Shown here in pieces: positions 29,003 through 39,058 of a stretch of DNA of 64,000 nt (the first letter of the stretch is position 1; each line of letters opens with the position of its first letter). The notes beneath the pieces were generated by a model. It was given only the letters and a program-made list of their open reading frames with translations, had not been told where the DNA came from and made no database searches. This stretch comes from Parachlamydiales bacterium. GTDB taxonomy: Bacteria > Chlamydiota > Chlamydiia > Chlamydiales > SM23-39. The translations under genes were made by a program, and so were the position numbers. The stretch covers positions 513,671 to 577,670 of the forward strand of contig CAWDBT010000002.1 of NCBI GenBank assembly GCA_963800655.1. Direction: 5' to 3'.

Positions 29003-29764
29003 ATGTTGTTTTGGAAAAAAAAGCCGATCTCTTTGCCAACCGTCTCCTTTGCAACAGCCTGCTGGGAAAGAGACTGGCGCAAAATCTTGCTCACATCGGA
29101 TTACCTTTCAGAACTCATGATCGGCCATCATCAGTTTGGATTCGGCGAAAAACTCCTCGTCATCAATAATGTGAACAACCTAGATGAAGTTGCCGCAGCG
29201 GCCCAAAAAAAAATCGATGAAGGCGTCCTCACCCGCTATATCATAGCATCCGATGTCGCTGACCAAGCGTTTAAACAAATAGATCTTCGACCGGACGATC
29301 TGGTTTCCACCGATCCTTCGATTCCTTCCAGCTGGCTTTATTACAATGCGCTGGCTCCTCTGGCTGCAATTTTTGCAGCTCGAGGCGAATTCTTGCTCTA
29401 TCACACCGGAGACGTGTTTATGAAAAAACCGGTTTCCTGGATCGAGCAGGCTCTTTTATTGATGCAGGACAATCCCCTCTATAAAGTCGCGAATCTGACT
29501 TGGAACGATCGGCTCGATGAAGTCGCAAAAGAATCGATCGGATATCGCAAGAGATTTTACGTATCTGATTCAGGTTTTTCCGATCAGCAATTTCTGATCC
29601 GCCGAAGCGATTTTCTCTCTTCTATCTATCGAGAAATCCGCCCCGATGCCTCTCACTACCCTCGGGGAGACGTCTTTGAAAAAAGGATTTTCTGCGCGAT
29701 GAAAAACCGCGGATGGCTCAGGCTCACCTATGCCAAGGGCTCTTATACCCATGAGAACATTTGA
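29003..29764 (+). CDS. Hypothetical protein
   Basis: 253-aa ORF with no confident motif. Confidence 0.45.
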   Translation: MLFWKKKPISLPTVSFATACWERDWRKILLTSDYLSELMIGHHQFGFGEKLLVINNVNNLDEVAAAAQKKIDEGVLTRYIIASDVADQAFKQIDLRPDDLVSTDPSIPSSWLYYNALAPLAAIFAARGEFLLYHTGDVFMKKPVSWIEQALLLMQDNPLYKVANLTWNDRLDEVAKESIGYRKRFYVSDSGFSDQQFLIRRSDFLSSIYREIRPDASHYPRGDVFEKRIFCAMKNRGWLRLTYAKGSYTHENI

Positions 29765-29961
29765 GATCAGCTCGATGCCCCCTCCTCGATTCCATAGGCT
29801 AAAATAAATTCTATCTATTTACTTTTAAGAAACTTGCGATAAAAATCGTCTAGGAATCCGGGTTGATCGAAGCAAAAACCATCAAGAGATCGCTGTTGCC
29901 GTCTCTTCATGCTCGGCTTGCTCTGATTTCGTTATTTGTAACCCCCTGAACTGAACACGGT

Positions 29962-30675
29962 ATGAATAGAAACGCACTTTCAATTGTTCCTATTGCTACA
30001 ATCCTATGCTTGGTTAACCCCATGCAAACGCATGCAGCTCTTCAAGAGAAAGCCCTCTCTGTTACAGAAGATCTGCGCCTTCCTTGCAGCGAAGAACTGG
30101 CTTTGCTGTATCTGAGCTGCGGAAACGTGAATTTGCTATCGGAGGATGATTCATCTGCTCTTGACGCCTATCAAAAGGCCTCTGACTTACTGAATCAATC
30201 CAATGACTGCGGCTTAAAATTTTTGACGGCTTTTGGAAAAACGATCGTTTGTGATCGGCTCAACTTGACCACAGACTGTACTCAGTATCTTTCAGAACTC
30301 AGAGAACTCCTTCCAATTTCGAATGAGCAGCTCGATAGCTCGCTTTCCGAAGATTGCGATGAAACGACTCTCTATCTAAAAGATCTAGCTCATTTATCTC
30401 CGTCTCAAGAAATTCAACGCGAGCTTCTTTCATTTGTATCGAAAATTTCTTCTTTTAGCTCGAGTCATATACAGCATCTCGGAGAGTTAAATGCCCCTTC
30501 GTTCGAAGAAACCCTTTCAGCTCAAAAAGAAAAGACCCTTTGGAAACGGATGGAAAAATTATGCAGAAACATCAGAAAAGCCTGCATAAAAGTTCTGGAC
30601 ATTGTCGAAAGATGCTTAGACATCCGAGACAGACTCAAAACATCTTCTGAAAACAACAAAACTTCCACGGACTGA
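29962..30675 (+). CDS. Secreted helical hypothetical protein
   Basis: Signal peptide ending 'QTHAA'. Helical and Leu-rich. Confidence 0.5.
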   Translation: MNRNALSIVPIATILCLVNPMQTHAALQEKALSVTEDLRLPCSEELALLYLSCGNVNLLSEDDSSALDAYQKASDLLNQSNDCGLKFLTAFGKTIVCDRLNLTTDCTQYLSELRELLPISNEQLDSSLSEDCDETTLYLKDLAHLSPSQEIQRELLSFVSKISSFSSSHIQHLGELNAPSFEETLSAQKEKTLWKRMEKLCRNIRKACIKVLDIVERCLDIRDRLKTSSENNKTSTD

Positions 30676-30678
30676 CCT

Positions 30679-31428
30679 ATGAAAATTCGATCTTTCACAA
30701 CATCACTGACTTGTTTATTTCTAAGCGCGATCAACACTGCTTTTGGAGGCGAATCGCCTGGAGTAAAAGACCGTTTACTCGCTCGCCCGCATCAGATTTA
30801 TATTGGGCCTGAGTTTTTATCGATGCAGATCGATTCGCAGATCAAAGATGCGCATGTCGACGGGAAAAAATTCTTCTGGGGCCTGAAATTCGGATACGAA
30901 TATCTCAAGCCGCAATCTTTCTATGCAGCTGCCGAATTGTCAGCGATGAATACGAGCCGAAATTTCCCGGTGACCTATGGAGAAACCTCCTATAAAGGGA
31001 AAAAAGGCGAGGGATTTGGAAATATTCAAGCCCGATTCGGATATACGGCATCGCACGGACGATTTCTTGCGACGCCATTTTTAGGCCTTGGCGTCTACTC
31101 ATTGTCGAACCGCGGCAGCGAAGGATTCGAACAGTCGATGGGGTACGTTTCAGGTGGTCTGCGCACCCAATTCGATTGGACAACGGCATGCCAAATCGGA
31201 TTGAATGCAGAACTCTTTCGAATGCTCGGAGTGGAACAAAAAGCCAAGTGCGATGACAAACGTTTCAAAGCCGATGGCCAAGATTGGGGTTGCAAAATCG
31301 AAACCCCTCTGACGATCCGCCTCAGCGAAGGATGGGATGTGAAAGTGGCCCCTTATTATCTAAGGCAGCTACTCTCAGAGAAGCAAAATGCCTATGGTTC
31401 TTCTTTGCTGTTCGGCTATCGATTTTAA
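30679..31428 (+). CDS. Beta-barrel outer-membrane protein
   Basis: Signal peptide, alternating strands, terminal 'LLFGYRF'. The start lies 4 nt after the upstream stop. Confidence 0.6.
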   Translation: MKIRSFTTSLTCLFLSAINTAFGGESPGVKDRLLARPHQIYIGPEFLSMQIDSQIKDAHVDGKKFFWGLKFGYEYLKPQSFYAAAELSAMNTSRNFPVTYGETSYKGKKGEGFGNIQARFGYTASHGRFLATPFLGLGVYSLSNRGSEGFEQSMGYVSGGLRTQFDWTTACQIGLNAELFRMLGVEQKAKCDDKRFKADGQDWGCKIETPLTIRLSEGWDVKVAPYYLRQLLSEKQNAYGSSLLFGYRF

Positions 31429-31564
31429 GTTTTTCAAACGCACATCTCTAGCGCTCTTTTGCATCCGTTGCAAAAGGGCGCCTCTCCCTGCTTAGAAAAT
31501 GCTGGACGAGAAAACCTTCCGTTTGCAATAGACACAATTGAGGGCACATCTCAGGGAGACAGGC

Positions 31565-33238
31565 ATGGAAAAGGGCGTTTACACGGTCAGCCATTATTTA
31601 CTGGATCGGCTTCACGAACTCAGCGTCGACCATGTATTTGGCGTGCCTGGAGACTTCGTCTTGGGATTTTTCCACGTGCTGGAAGACCATAAGGTCAAAA
31701 GCATCTGCACCTGCAACGAGCTGAATGCCGCTTATGCCGCGGATGGATATGCGAGGATCCGGGGACTCGGAGCCGTCGCCACTACTTATGCGGTGGGAGA
31801 GCTGAGCGGGATCAATGGAGTCGCGGGATCTTATGCGGAACGAGTGCCTGTGATCGCCATCACGGGATGCCCTGCCACCCACCACTTTAAACAAGGCACG
31901 CTGCTCCACCACACTCTCGGCGACTACAACATCCCTTTTGAAATGTTTAAAAAGATCACGATCGCTTCGACTTTGATCGACCGCACGGCAAAAGCGGCTT
32001 CCGAAATCGACCGCGTTCTGAAAGAAGCCGTCTATCATCAGCTTCCGGGCTACATCGGACTTCCCTCCGATATCGCTCTCGCGCCGATTCAAAAACCGAC
32101 TGAAAAGCTCCAATTGATCCAGCGCCCGCCCAGCGATCCGAAAACCTTGATGGAAGCGGTGGAAGAAGCGGTCAAGATGATCGATGCGGCGAAAAAGCCG
32201 GTGATCGTCGTAGACGGAGAAGTGATTCGCTTCCACATGCAGAAACTCGCTTTAGGACTGATTGAAACTTCGGGCTTGCCGTTCGCCTCGATGATCATCG
32301 GAAAAACGGCGATCGACGAACACCACCCTCAATTCATCGGGCTTTATAAAGGAGAGCGGAGCCGGGAATATGTCCGCAAACGAGTCGAAGAAGCCGACTG
32401 CATCATTTTGCTCGGGCCTACCCTCACCGATTTCAATACGGGGGGATTTACCGCCTCGTTCGACCCGGGAAAAACGATCGCGATCAACGTAGACCGCTTG
32501 GGAATCCGCCACCACCAGTACACGCGGATCAACAGCTTTGAGTTTCTGGACCATTTGACCCGCAGAGTCAGGAAAAGAGATCCTCAAACGCTCGACATCC
32601 ATCGGGCGATCGACGGCTGCACGCACCGCGCCTCGATGGCTTACAAACCGCAAGAAGGCATCCGCTTGACTCACCAGAGATTCTTCGATCGGATCAGCCA
32701 TTTCCTCGACGGCGATTCGATCATGATGGCAGAGACGGGATCGGCTCTTTTCGCGGGCGTCGAAGTGCTCCAGCCGAAGGGATGTCGATTCATGTCTCAG
32801 AGCTTTTACGGTTCGATCGGCTACACGGTAGGAGCTACTTTGGGAGTCTCGATCGCCGCCCCGAAAAAACGGGTTTGCCTCTTTGTCGGAGACGGCTCTT
32901 TCCAAGTGACCTGCCAGGATATCTCGACGATGCTGCGCTATCATGCGCATCCGATCGTCTTTCTGCTGAATAACGACGGCTATCTCATCGAGAGGGTGAT
33001 TCTCGACGGAGGCTTCAACGATCTGCAACCGTGGCACTATGCGAAAATCCCCGAAGTGTTCAGCGGAGGCTGGGGCTGCAAAGTGAGAACGGAAGACGAA
33101 CTCGAAAAAGCGCTCGCCGAAGCACACAAAAGACCTCAGGAGCTGGTGTTCATCGAAGTGATCCTGGATCGATGGGACAGCCCCTTGGCTCTCACTCTGG
33201 CGGGCGCGGATATGGCGAAAAACAACAGCCTAGTTTGA
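31565..33238 (+). CDS. Thiamine-diphosphate-dependent alpha-keto-acid decarboxylase (pyruvate/indolepyruvate/phenylpyruvate decarboxylase family)
   Basis: 'YLLDRLHELSVDHVFGVPGDF' at the N-terminus. TPP-binding 'GDGSFQVTCQDIST...LLNNDGY'. About 557 aa from 'MEKGVYTV'. Confidence 0.85.
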   Translation: MEKGVYTVSHYLLDRLHELSVDHVFGVPGDFVLGFFHVLEDHKVKSICTCNELNAAYAADGYARIRGLGAVATTYAVGELSGINGVAGSYAERVPVIAITGCPATHHFKQGTLLHHTLGDYNIPFEMFKKITIASTLIDRTAKAASEIDRVLKEAVYHQLPGYIGLPSDIALAPIQKPTEKLQLIQRPPSDPKTLMEAVEEAVKMIDAAKKPVIVVDGEVIRFHMQKLALGLIETSGLPFASMIIGKTAIDEHHPQFIGLYKGERSREYVRKRVEEADCIILLGPTLTDFNTGGFTASFDPGKTIAINVDRLGIRHHQYTRINSFEFLDHLTRRVRKRDPQTLDIHRAIDGCTHRASMAYKPQEGIRLTHQRFFDRISHFLDGDSIMMAETGSALFAGVEVLQPKGCRFMSQSFYGSIGYTVGATLGVSIAAPKKRVCLFVGDGSFQVTCQDISTMLRYHAHPIVFLLNNDGYLIERVILDGGFNDLQPWHYAKIPEVFSGGWGCKVRTEDELEKALAEAHKRPQELVFIEVILDRWDSPLALTLAGADMAKNNSLV

Positions 33239-33901
33239 GACTTCGCCTTTCATCGCAAGCCATTCTTCCCATAAAAAAAGATGGGGCCAGGTCTTCCAGT
33301 TCGCGCGGTATTCCTCGCGCTGCGCTTCCGAGACCCGATGCAGCCTGCCGTCTTTTCCTACTCTCTCCGGGAATCGGATCCCTTCCAAATGGTCGATCTC
33401 GTGCTGGAAAATCCGCGCGGTAAACCCTTCGGCGAGAACCGTCACTGGAGCCCCTTCCCGATCGAGTGCTTCGACGACGACGCGTTTGGCGCGAGATACG
33501 ATGCCGACGAGTTGATCATCGACTGAAAAACATCCTTCGGGCCCCTCTTCTTCTTCCTGAGACCGATCGATGATCTTCGGATTGATAAATACCTCGAGAG
33601 TTCCGAATTTCCGGTCCTCGCGATTCACTCCGGTATCGACGAGGATCACCCTCTTGGAAACTCCCACCTGGGGAGCCGCGAGCCCGACCAGCCCTCTTTG
33701 GCTCTCTTCGCGATTTCCCTGAGCGATCTCAAACATCTGCGAGATCAGATCCCGGATCTCCGGAGCTTTTGGATCGGAAACCTCTTCCGCTCGTTGATTT
33801 AAAACGGGATTGGAAGGTTTTACGATCGAGAGTTGTTCGAATGGATTGGCAACTAAATGAGCCGACGCTAAAATCGCTGCGCAAATTGTTCTAATTTCCA
33901 T
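33230..33901 (-). CDS. def: Peptide deformylase
   Basis: 'GLAAPQVG', 'EGCFSV' and 'HEIDHLEG' are the three Def motifs. Confidence 0.95.
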   Translation of the reverse strand: MEIRTICAAILASAHLVANPFEQLSIVKPSNPVLNQRAEEVSDPKAPEIRDLISQMFEIAQGNREESQRGLVGLAAPQVGVSKRVILVDTGVNREDRKFGTLEVFINPKIIDRSQEEEEGPEGCFSVDDQLVGIVSRAKRVVVEALDREGAPVTVLAEGFTARIFQHEIDHLEGIRFPERVGKDGRLHRVSEAQREEYRANWKTWPHLFLWEEWLAMKGEVSN

Positions 33902-33923
33902 CTGTTCCTCTTAGGTGTGTCCT

Positions 33924-34847
33924 TTAATATTTTGCATGTGCGCCTTGGCGGGTGCCTCGGCGCGTAAATTCTTTTTTGATCCCTTCGATCACTGCCGTTT
34001 TCTGCTTCCATACCCATTCGGGAGCGATCGCATGCAATGGATGTCCATTGCCTCCGATCCGATAGATGATGCAGTCGGCAGGAATCCGCTCTAAAAAATC
34101 ACATGCCAAGGAAATCCCCTCGTCCATCGACAGGACTGAACAGGCTCCGGCGAGATAATCCTTTGCGAGCGCGGTGTGTTCCATGATGACTAAGAAATGA
34201 ATTTTGACGCCTTGGATTTTATAGCGCGCGATGAAATCCGCCGTCTGAAGAATTTCCTCTCTGCTCTCGCCGGGAAGCCCTAAAATCACATGGACGCAAT
34301 GGTCGATCCCCTCTTCTTGCGTCATCCGGATCGCCTGGACTAATTCGGCATGGGTTTCTTTCCGATTGATCTTCTCAAGGGTATGCTCGTGGACTGTTTG
34401 AAGGCCGTATTCAATGCTCACATGAGGCAACATCTTTTTATAAGAGGCGATCAGCTCCAGCTTGTCCCGATCGACGCAGTCGGCTCTCGTCGAAATGGCA
34501 AGGCCGATGATATCGGGATGGGCATAGATGGCCTGATCGTAGATCTCCTTCAAATGAGCAATCGGAGCATATGTATTGGTATACGACTGGAAATAGGCGA
34601 TGAACTTCTCGGCGCCGAACCGATTCTTCCGCACTTCGATGTTGCGCAGGATCTGCTTGACGATGGCATCGGTCGGACGATTCGTTCGAGAGGAAGATCC
34701 CCTTTCATCGCAAAACGTACAGCCGCCGACTCCCTTCTCGCCATCTCGATTCGGACAAGTAAACCCCGCATCGATCGAGACTTTATAGACCCGGCATCCA
34801 AATCTCTCTTGCAAACTGTCGTGATAGCTGCGGAAAAACGGTTCCAT
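33924..34847 (-). CDS. Radical SAM protein, TIGR01212-like family
   Basis: 'YKVSIDAGFTCPNRDGEKGVGGCTFCDERGS'. Confidence 0.8.
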   Translation of the reverse strand: MEPFFRSYHDSLQERFGCRVYKVSIDAGFTCPNRDGEKGVGGCTFCDERGSSSRTNRPTDAIVKQILRNIEVRKNRFGAEKFIAYFQSYTNTYAPIAHLKEIYDQAIYAHPDIIGLAISTRADCVDRDKLELIASYKKMLPHVSIEYGLQTVHEHTLEKINRKETHAELVQAIRMTQEEGIDHCVHVILGLPGESREEILQTADFIARYKIQGVKIHFLVIMEHTALAKDYLAGACSVLSMDEGISLACDFLERIPADCIIYRIGGNGHPLHAIAPEWVWKQKTAVIEGIKKEFTRRGTRQGAHAKY

Positions 34848-35138
34848 TTACATTCTGGGAACGGGCATTTGGATGATTAGTTCGAAATCAACGGGCCCGC
34901 AGCGCTCGCCGCTCGGGCGATAGACCACGTCGACTTGGACGGTATAATGAGTCGTCACCACTTGGTACCCGCTCTCGCAATGGCGGATTTCTTCTATATT
35001 TTCCGCGCTCCCCAAAAGTTCATAAAACTTCGGATCGACGAGAATGGCATCGATTTCCCGGATGGCCTCTGCAAGAGGAGGCAATGCTGCGAACATGGGC
35101 GTTGCGGCGAGCAAAAATAAAAGTGCGTATTTCTTCAT
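34848..35138 (-). CDS. Small secreted hypothetical protein
   Basis: Start taken at 'MKKYALLFLLAATPMFAA' (signal peptide). The stop abuts the radical-SAM start. Confidence 0.45.
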   Translation of the reverse strand: MKKYALLFLLAATPMFAALPPLAEAIREIDAILVDPKFYELLGSAENIEEIRHCESGYQVVTTHYTVQVDVVYRPSGERCGPVDFELIIQMPVPRM

Positions 35139-35266
35139 AAATACCTGGTAAAAAGGGTTCCAGCATAACCTGTTGCGGATTTCAAAGCAAAAGACGAATC
35201 CTTTTTTTACATCCGTCGGCGGCGATCCCAAGGGACTCGGACATCCCGCTCGAGACCGAAGGGCTT

Positions 35267-35315
35267 AGAGGGTGTCTACAAAGAGCGGCTTTGTCGATTT
35301 TTGTAGACACCCTCT
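35267..35315. repeat. Complete 49-bp palindromic REP/MITE-like element (family type copy)
   Basis: 'agagggtgtctacaaa-gagcggctttgtcgattt-tttgtagacaccctct' has perfect 16-nt inverted arms. It is intergenic, between divergent genes. Confidence 0.85.
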
Positions 35316-35445
35316 TAATTTCCCGAAGCAATTTACGGCCAACAGCATAAAGAGAGTTCTTAAAGCGGTTTCTATGTAAAATTTTTATTGAACCCAAAAC
35401 CATCGGATCTCTACATTAAGGATATCCAGAAAGAGGGAACCCGGC

Positions 35446-36459
35446 ATGTTCAAGCATATTCTCGCGCTGTCTGCTATCTCGGCGGCATCTCCGGCAGTTT
35501 ATTGCACCGAGCAAACCCAGCCGATTCCCTGCGATGCGGTTTATTCCACAGCGCCAACCCAGCCGCGGCGTTACGATGCGGATTTGTTCAGAAAAGACGA
35601 CGAAGTCGTCTTCGCTTCGGCTGAATTCCTCTATTGGACGGCGCAGGAGTCCTGCCTCGACTATGCGGTTCGGCCCTCCTCTGGAGGAGCCTATCTGACG
35701 GGCAACTCTCAAAACGCCTCGTTCGATCTGAGCCCCGGAATCCGCATCACGGGGGGGTACTTCAATGCGCCAAAATATTGGGAGGTCAAAGGCCAATATA
35801 CCTACCTCACCACCAGCGGGAAAAACCGCGCAAACGCCCCTCTCGTGGGGCTATGGCCGGCCGAACAACCGAACTCCCCTCTTACGCACGCCCATTCGAC
35901 GATCGATTTGAAGTACAATGTGTTCGACGTGGTGGTAGACCGCATGTTCATCCCGAACCCCCATTTGAAAGTCCGCATGCTCGCGGGGATCTCGACGGCC
36001 TGGCTCGAGCAAAATTGGCGCACGGAATATTTCAGCGGCGCTTTTAGCACGGTGATTCGCAACAATTGGCATTTTGTCGGAGGCGGTCTTCGCGCAGGGA
36101 TCACGAGCGATTGGTATTGGGGAAGAGACATCTACTTGACGGGGCTGGCAAGCGTGGCCGCGCTTTTGGGCAGCTACAATAGCCACTATAAGCAGACCAC
36201 ACCTGGGGGCCTTGCAAAAACCAGTTACTCCGACACAAGGCCTACGTCCTGCATTCAATTCATCGCGGGACCTTCTCTGCAAAAAAACTTCACCAATCAT
36301 CGGCTCGAAATATTTATCGGCTACGAATTGAATATCTGGAGCAACCTCCAGGAGATCCGAAAGCCGGGAAAAATCGCCCAGAACGAAGCGAGCATTTGGG
36401 TGGCCAACAGCCTGCTCGCCCTCCAAGGATTGACCACTCGGGTCTCTTTCGATTTTTAA
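35446..36459 (+). CDS. MOMP-like porin (chlamydial/Legionella major-OMP-type beta-barrel)
   Basis: Signal peptide, 'FASAEFLYWTAQESCLDYA' motif, beta-strand periodicity, terminal 'RVSFDF'. Confidence 0.6.
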   Translation: MFKHILALSAISAASPAVYCTEQTQPIPCDAVYSTAPTQPRRYDADLFRKDDEVVFASAEFLYWTAQESCLDYAVRPSSGGAYLTGNSQNASFDLSPGIRITGGYFNAPKYWEVKGQYTYLTTSGKNRANAPLVGLWPAEQPNSPLTHAHSTIDLKYNVFDVVVDRMFIPNPHLKVRMLAGISTAWLEQNWRTEYFSGAFSTVIRNNWHFVGGGLRAGITSDWYWGRDIYLTGLASVAALLGSYNSHYKQTTPGGLAKTSYSDTRPTSCIQFIAGPSLQKNFTNHRLEIFIGYELNIWSNLQEIRKPGKIAQNEASIWVANSLLALQGLTTRVSFDF

Positions 36460-36497
36460 CGTCGATCTACAAAGCGGGGCTTCGGTATATTTCGACT

Positions 36498-36540
36498 GAG
36501 AGGGTATCTACAAAGAGCGGCTTCTTTGTAGACGCCCTCT
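36498..36540. repeat. Palindromic REP/MITE-like element (diverged copy) next to scraps of both repeat families
   Basis: 'gagagggtatctacaaagagcggcttctttgtagacgccctct'. Fragments 'tctacaaagcggggc' and 'ttcggtata' precede it at 36466-36490. It lies between convergent genes. Confidence 0.8.
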
Positions 36541-36545
36541 GAACC

Positions 36546-38398
36546 TCAATTTGCAGACACGCTCTTAGATATTCTCTTAGGCTTTGCTGTAAACGCGACT
36601 CCGTACGGCAGCATCAATACGGCTTCCTCGACTTGTTGATTCAAGCCCATTTTAAATCGAATCGAAAGCCCCGTTTCCTTTTTTACACCGAACGCATTCT
36701 CCCCGTTCGGAATCAGTTCATAGGTGGGCTGCCCTGGAATCACCGCGAAGAGAGACTCTCCCTTAAGGGCGATATCGACGGTATAGCCATATACTTCATA
36801 TACGCCTACGAAACGGGACAAATAGGAAGCGAGCTCGCTTTTTTCTTCGGGCTTTCTCTTGAAAACGATGTCGGGAACTTTCGGCTCGAAAGGAATATGC
36901 ATCTCTTCGATCGTCCCGCGTTCCTTGCTTTGAAACGAGATCTTAATCCCCTCGACGGGAAGGATGAGATCCTCCGAAGCCGATTCGATGGAAAACACGT
37001 CGTAATGCCAATGTTCGAGGCGGTAATCGATCCGGTTGAATTTCATCTCCAGCGAATCGCCGACGGCTTTGATTTGCACTTCTCCATATCCGGGATGGAA
37101 ATACGCGCCTTCATATTCGGAGAGCTCATGGGACGGATGGGTTCCCGTTTTGCGGTTTTGATGCTCCTCCGCTTTCTTCTGCGATCGCTCAACGGCGTTT
37201 TTCTCTGCGACCTGTTTTCCCTCGTTCAAAATATCCATCTGCGGAATGCCGAGGAGAGCGTCGAACACATGCAGCGCGAGCACGCGCGGCAGAACGGTCA
37301 GGTTGCTATTGCACAATGCGACGACTCCAAACTTTTCCCCGGCATGAGGGCGATGTGGGAGGTAAACCCGTCTATTCCCCCATCGTGGCTGACGTGATAG
37401 CGGCCCCGATATGTCTGCACATGCCACCCCAAGCCATAGGTGCCCACCTGCGCTTCCTTGCTGTCGAGGCATCCCCCTGCGACGATCTGAGGGGAATAGA
37501 TTTCGCTGAGCGTCGCTTTGCGGATGAGCGATGCGCCTCCCCACTCCCCTTCGCGGGTATGGAGCTGCACCCAGCGGCATAAATCGGATAGGTTCGAAAT
37601 CATCGATCCCGCAGGGCCAATCACGGATATATCGCGAAACGCCATGCGCTTCAAACAGCCTTGCTTGTTCAGGTAAGGAACCGCGTGGTCGTTCGACGCT
37701 TGCATCGCCTGTATGGAAAAGTGGGTGTGGGCCATTTGCAAGGGATGCAAAATCCTGCTCTGGACGATCTCTTCCCAGCTGGTCTTTGCGATCTTTTCCA
37801 TCGCCATCCCGGCTGCTAAAAACAGCAGGTTATTGTAGCAAAATCTCTCTCGAATCGCACACATCGGAGAAAGATATCGAAGCTTATAGAGCAGTTCTTT
37901 TCGGGTGAAAGAAGAGTTGTACCACACGAGATCGTGGCGAGCCATGCCGGAGCGGTTCGCCGCCAAATCGCGCAGCGTCAGGTTCTGCGTCGCATATGGA
38001 TCCGACAGGCGGAATTCGGGCATGATATCGATCACGGGCTGATCCCAATCCAAAAGCCCTTCGTCGACCATGCAACCCATGGCGAATGTCGTGAATGCCT
38101 TGGTGCAAGATCCGATTGGGAACAAAGTCTCCTCGGTCACGGACTTTTTCCCTTCGAGATCCCGATAGCCGAACCCTTGCGCGAAAACCACCTGGCCGTC
38201 GACGACGACTCCAATAGCCGCCCCCGGAACCAGAAAACTTTCGAGCGCTAGGGAGACTGCAGAAGGCAACTGCTGAAGCGATTCTCTCGCCCGCTCCGCT
38301 TGGGGAGTAAATCGCTGCGACAAATCAAAGGCGCAAAGAGGAAGCATTGCGCCGAGCGCCGCGATGCAAAAAATCAACGGCATTTTGTTCCGAATCAT
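36546..38398 (-). pseudogene. Class-C beta-lactamase/PBP-like serine hydrolase with a C-terminal lipocalin-like extension; one frame break
   Basis: N-terminal ORF (38398-37298) has the 'SCTK' SxxK motif in 'FPIGSCTKAFT'. Sense continues in ORF 37580-36546 ('GEKFGVVALCNSN...'). The junction is 'atgccggggaaaagtttgg' (C4/T4 runs at 37333-37340 on the plus strand). Confidence 0.75.
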
Positions 38399-38556
38399 AA
38401 AAAGCTCTCTCGTTGAATTGGGAGAGCATCTTACTGGCTCAATTCAATAATTGACAACTTTTTCTGCGACAAAAGCAGCTCGATTTCGACGGCCGTCAAA
38501 AACGAAAAACGCCTTGGGCAGAGCCAAAGCGTTTCGAATCGTTAAAAGGAAGAGAT

Positions 38557-38586
38557 CCCGCCGCGATGCCGGGAAGATGCGGCGGG
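38557..38586 (-). terminator. Rho-independent terminator after the DUF3096 gene
   Basis: Stem 'cccgccgc'/'gcggcggg' with a 14-nt loop. A 'tctcttcctttt' tract follows on the minus strand. Confidence 0.6.
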
Positions 38587-38594
38587 ACATCGGC

Positions 38595-38738
38595 TCAGCG
38601 CATCGAATACATCATGAGCCCGGCAATCCCTTGGAGGATCAAATAGATCGCGACGATGTAATTGAGCATGCGAGGAAATACCAGGATTAAAATCCCGGCG
38701 ATGAGAGCTACAAACGGCGATAAACTCATATAAATCAT
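38595..38738 (-). CDS. DUF3096-like 47-aa membrane protein (below the ORF-track cut-off)
   Basis: 'MIYMSLSPFVALIAGILILVFPRMLNYIVAIYLILQGIAGLMMYSMR'. AAGGAG lies 7 nt upstream and a terminator lies downstream. Confidence 0.65.
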   Translation of the reverse strand: MIYMSLSPFVALIAGILILVFPRMLNYIVAIYLILQGIAGLMMYSMR

Positions 38739-39006
38739 ATTCGTTCTCCTTGATGGGTTGAGAGGTCACATCTCTTTCTTTAATATCGCCGGAAGTCGCA
38801 TCTCTGGCAAGGGATTTCCAATGGGAAAAAGAGAGGTTAAAGATGAACCCGGATCGGCAAAGCGGCCTCAAATCATCGCCGCCATTCCCCCAATCCTTGA
38901 TTTAAGCGGATTTTAATCGGTTGGAAACAACCTTTTGCCACTGAGCGACCTAATGTTTTAAGCCCTTTTTTCAACAGCGCAAAAAAAAGGAGGCGTTTCC
39001 CGGAAA

Positions 39007-39056
39007 ATACAACATGTTGTGTACCGAATAATAAAAAAATACCATATGTTGTAGTC
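39007..39056 (+). promoter_or_regulatory. Two tandem NrdR-box-like palindromes upstream of nrdD
   Basis: 'acaacatgttgt' (39009-39020, a perfect 12-bp palindrome) and 'accatatgttgt' (39041-39052) sit 32 bp apart. Each is embedded in a repeated 'aaaatac..atgttgt' unit directly upstream of the nrdD start. Confidence 0.5.
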
Positions 39057-39058
39057 GA

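Noticed and set aside
31598-33127. Long minus-strand ORFs (212 aa and 291 aa) opposite the decarboxylase gene
   Set aside because: They are antisense to a gene with unambiguous TPP-enzyme motifs. The sequences are low-complexity and Arg/Asp/Phe-rich with no motifs. The same applies to 1116-1667(-), 14160-14690(-), 36633-37397(+), 40122-40733(-), 41794-42318(+), 48035-48580(+), 50148-50762(+), 51934-52836(+), 52963-53565(+), 54100-54657(+) and 61316-61870(+).
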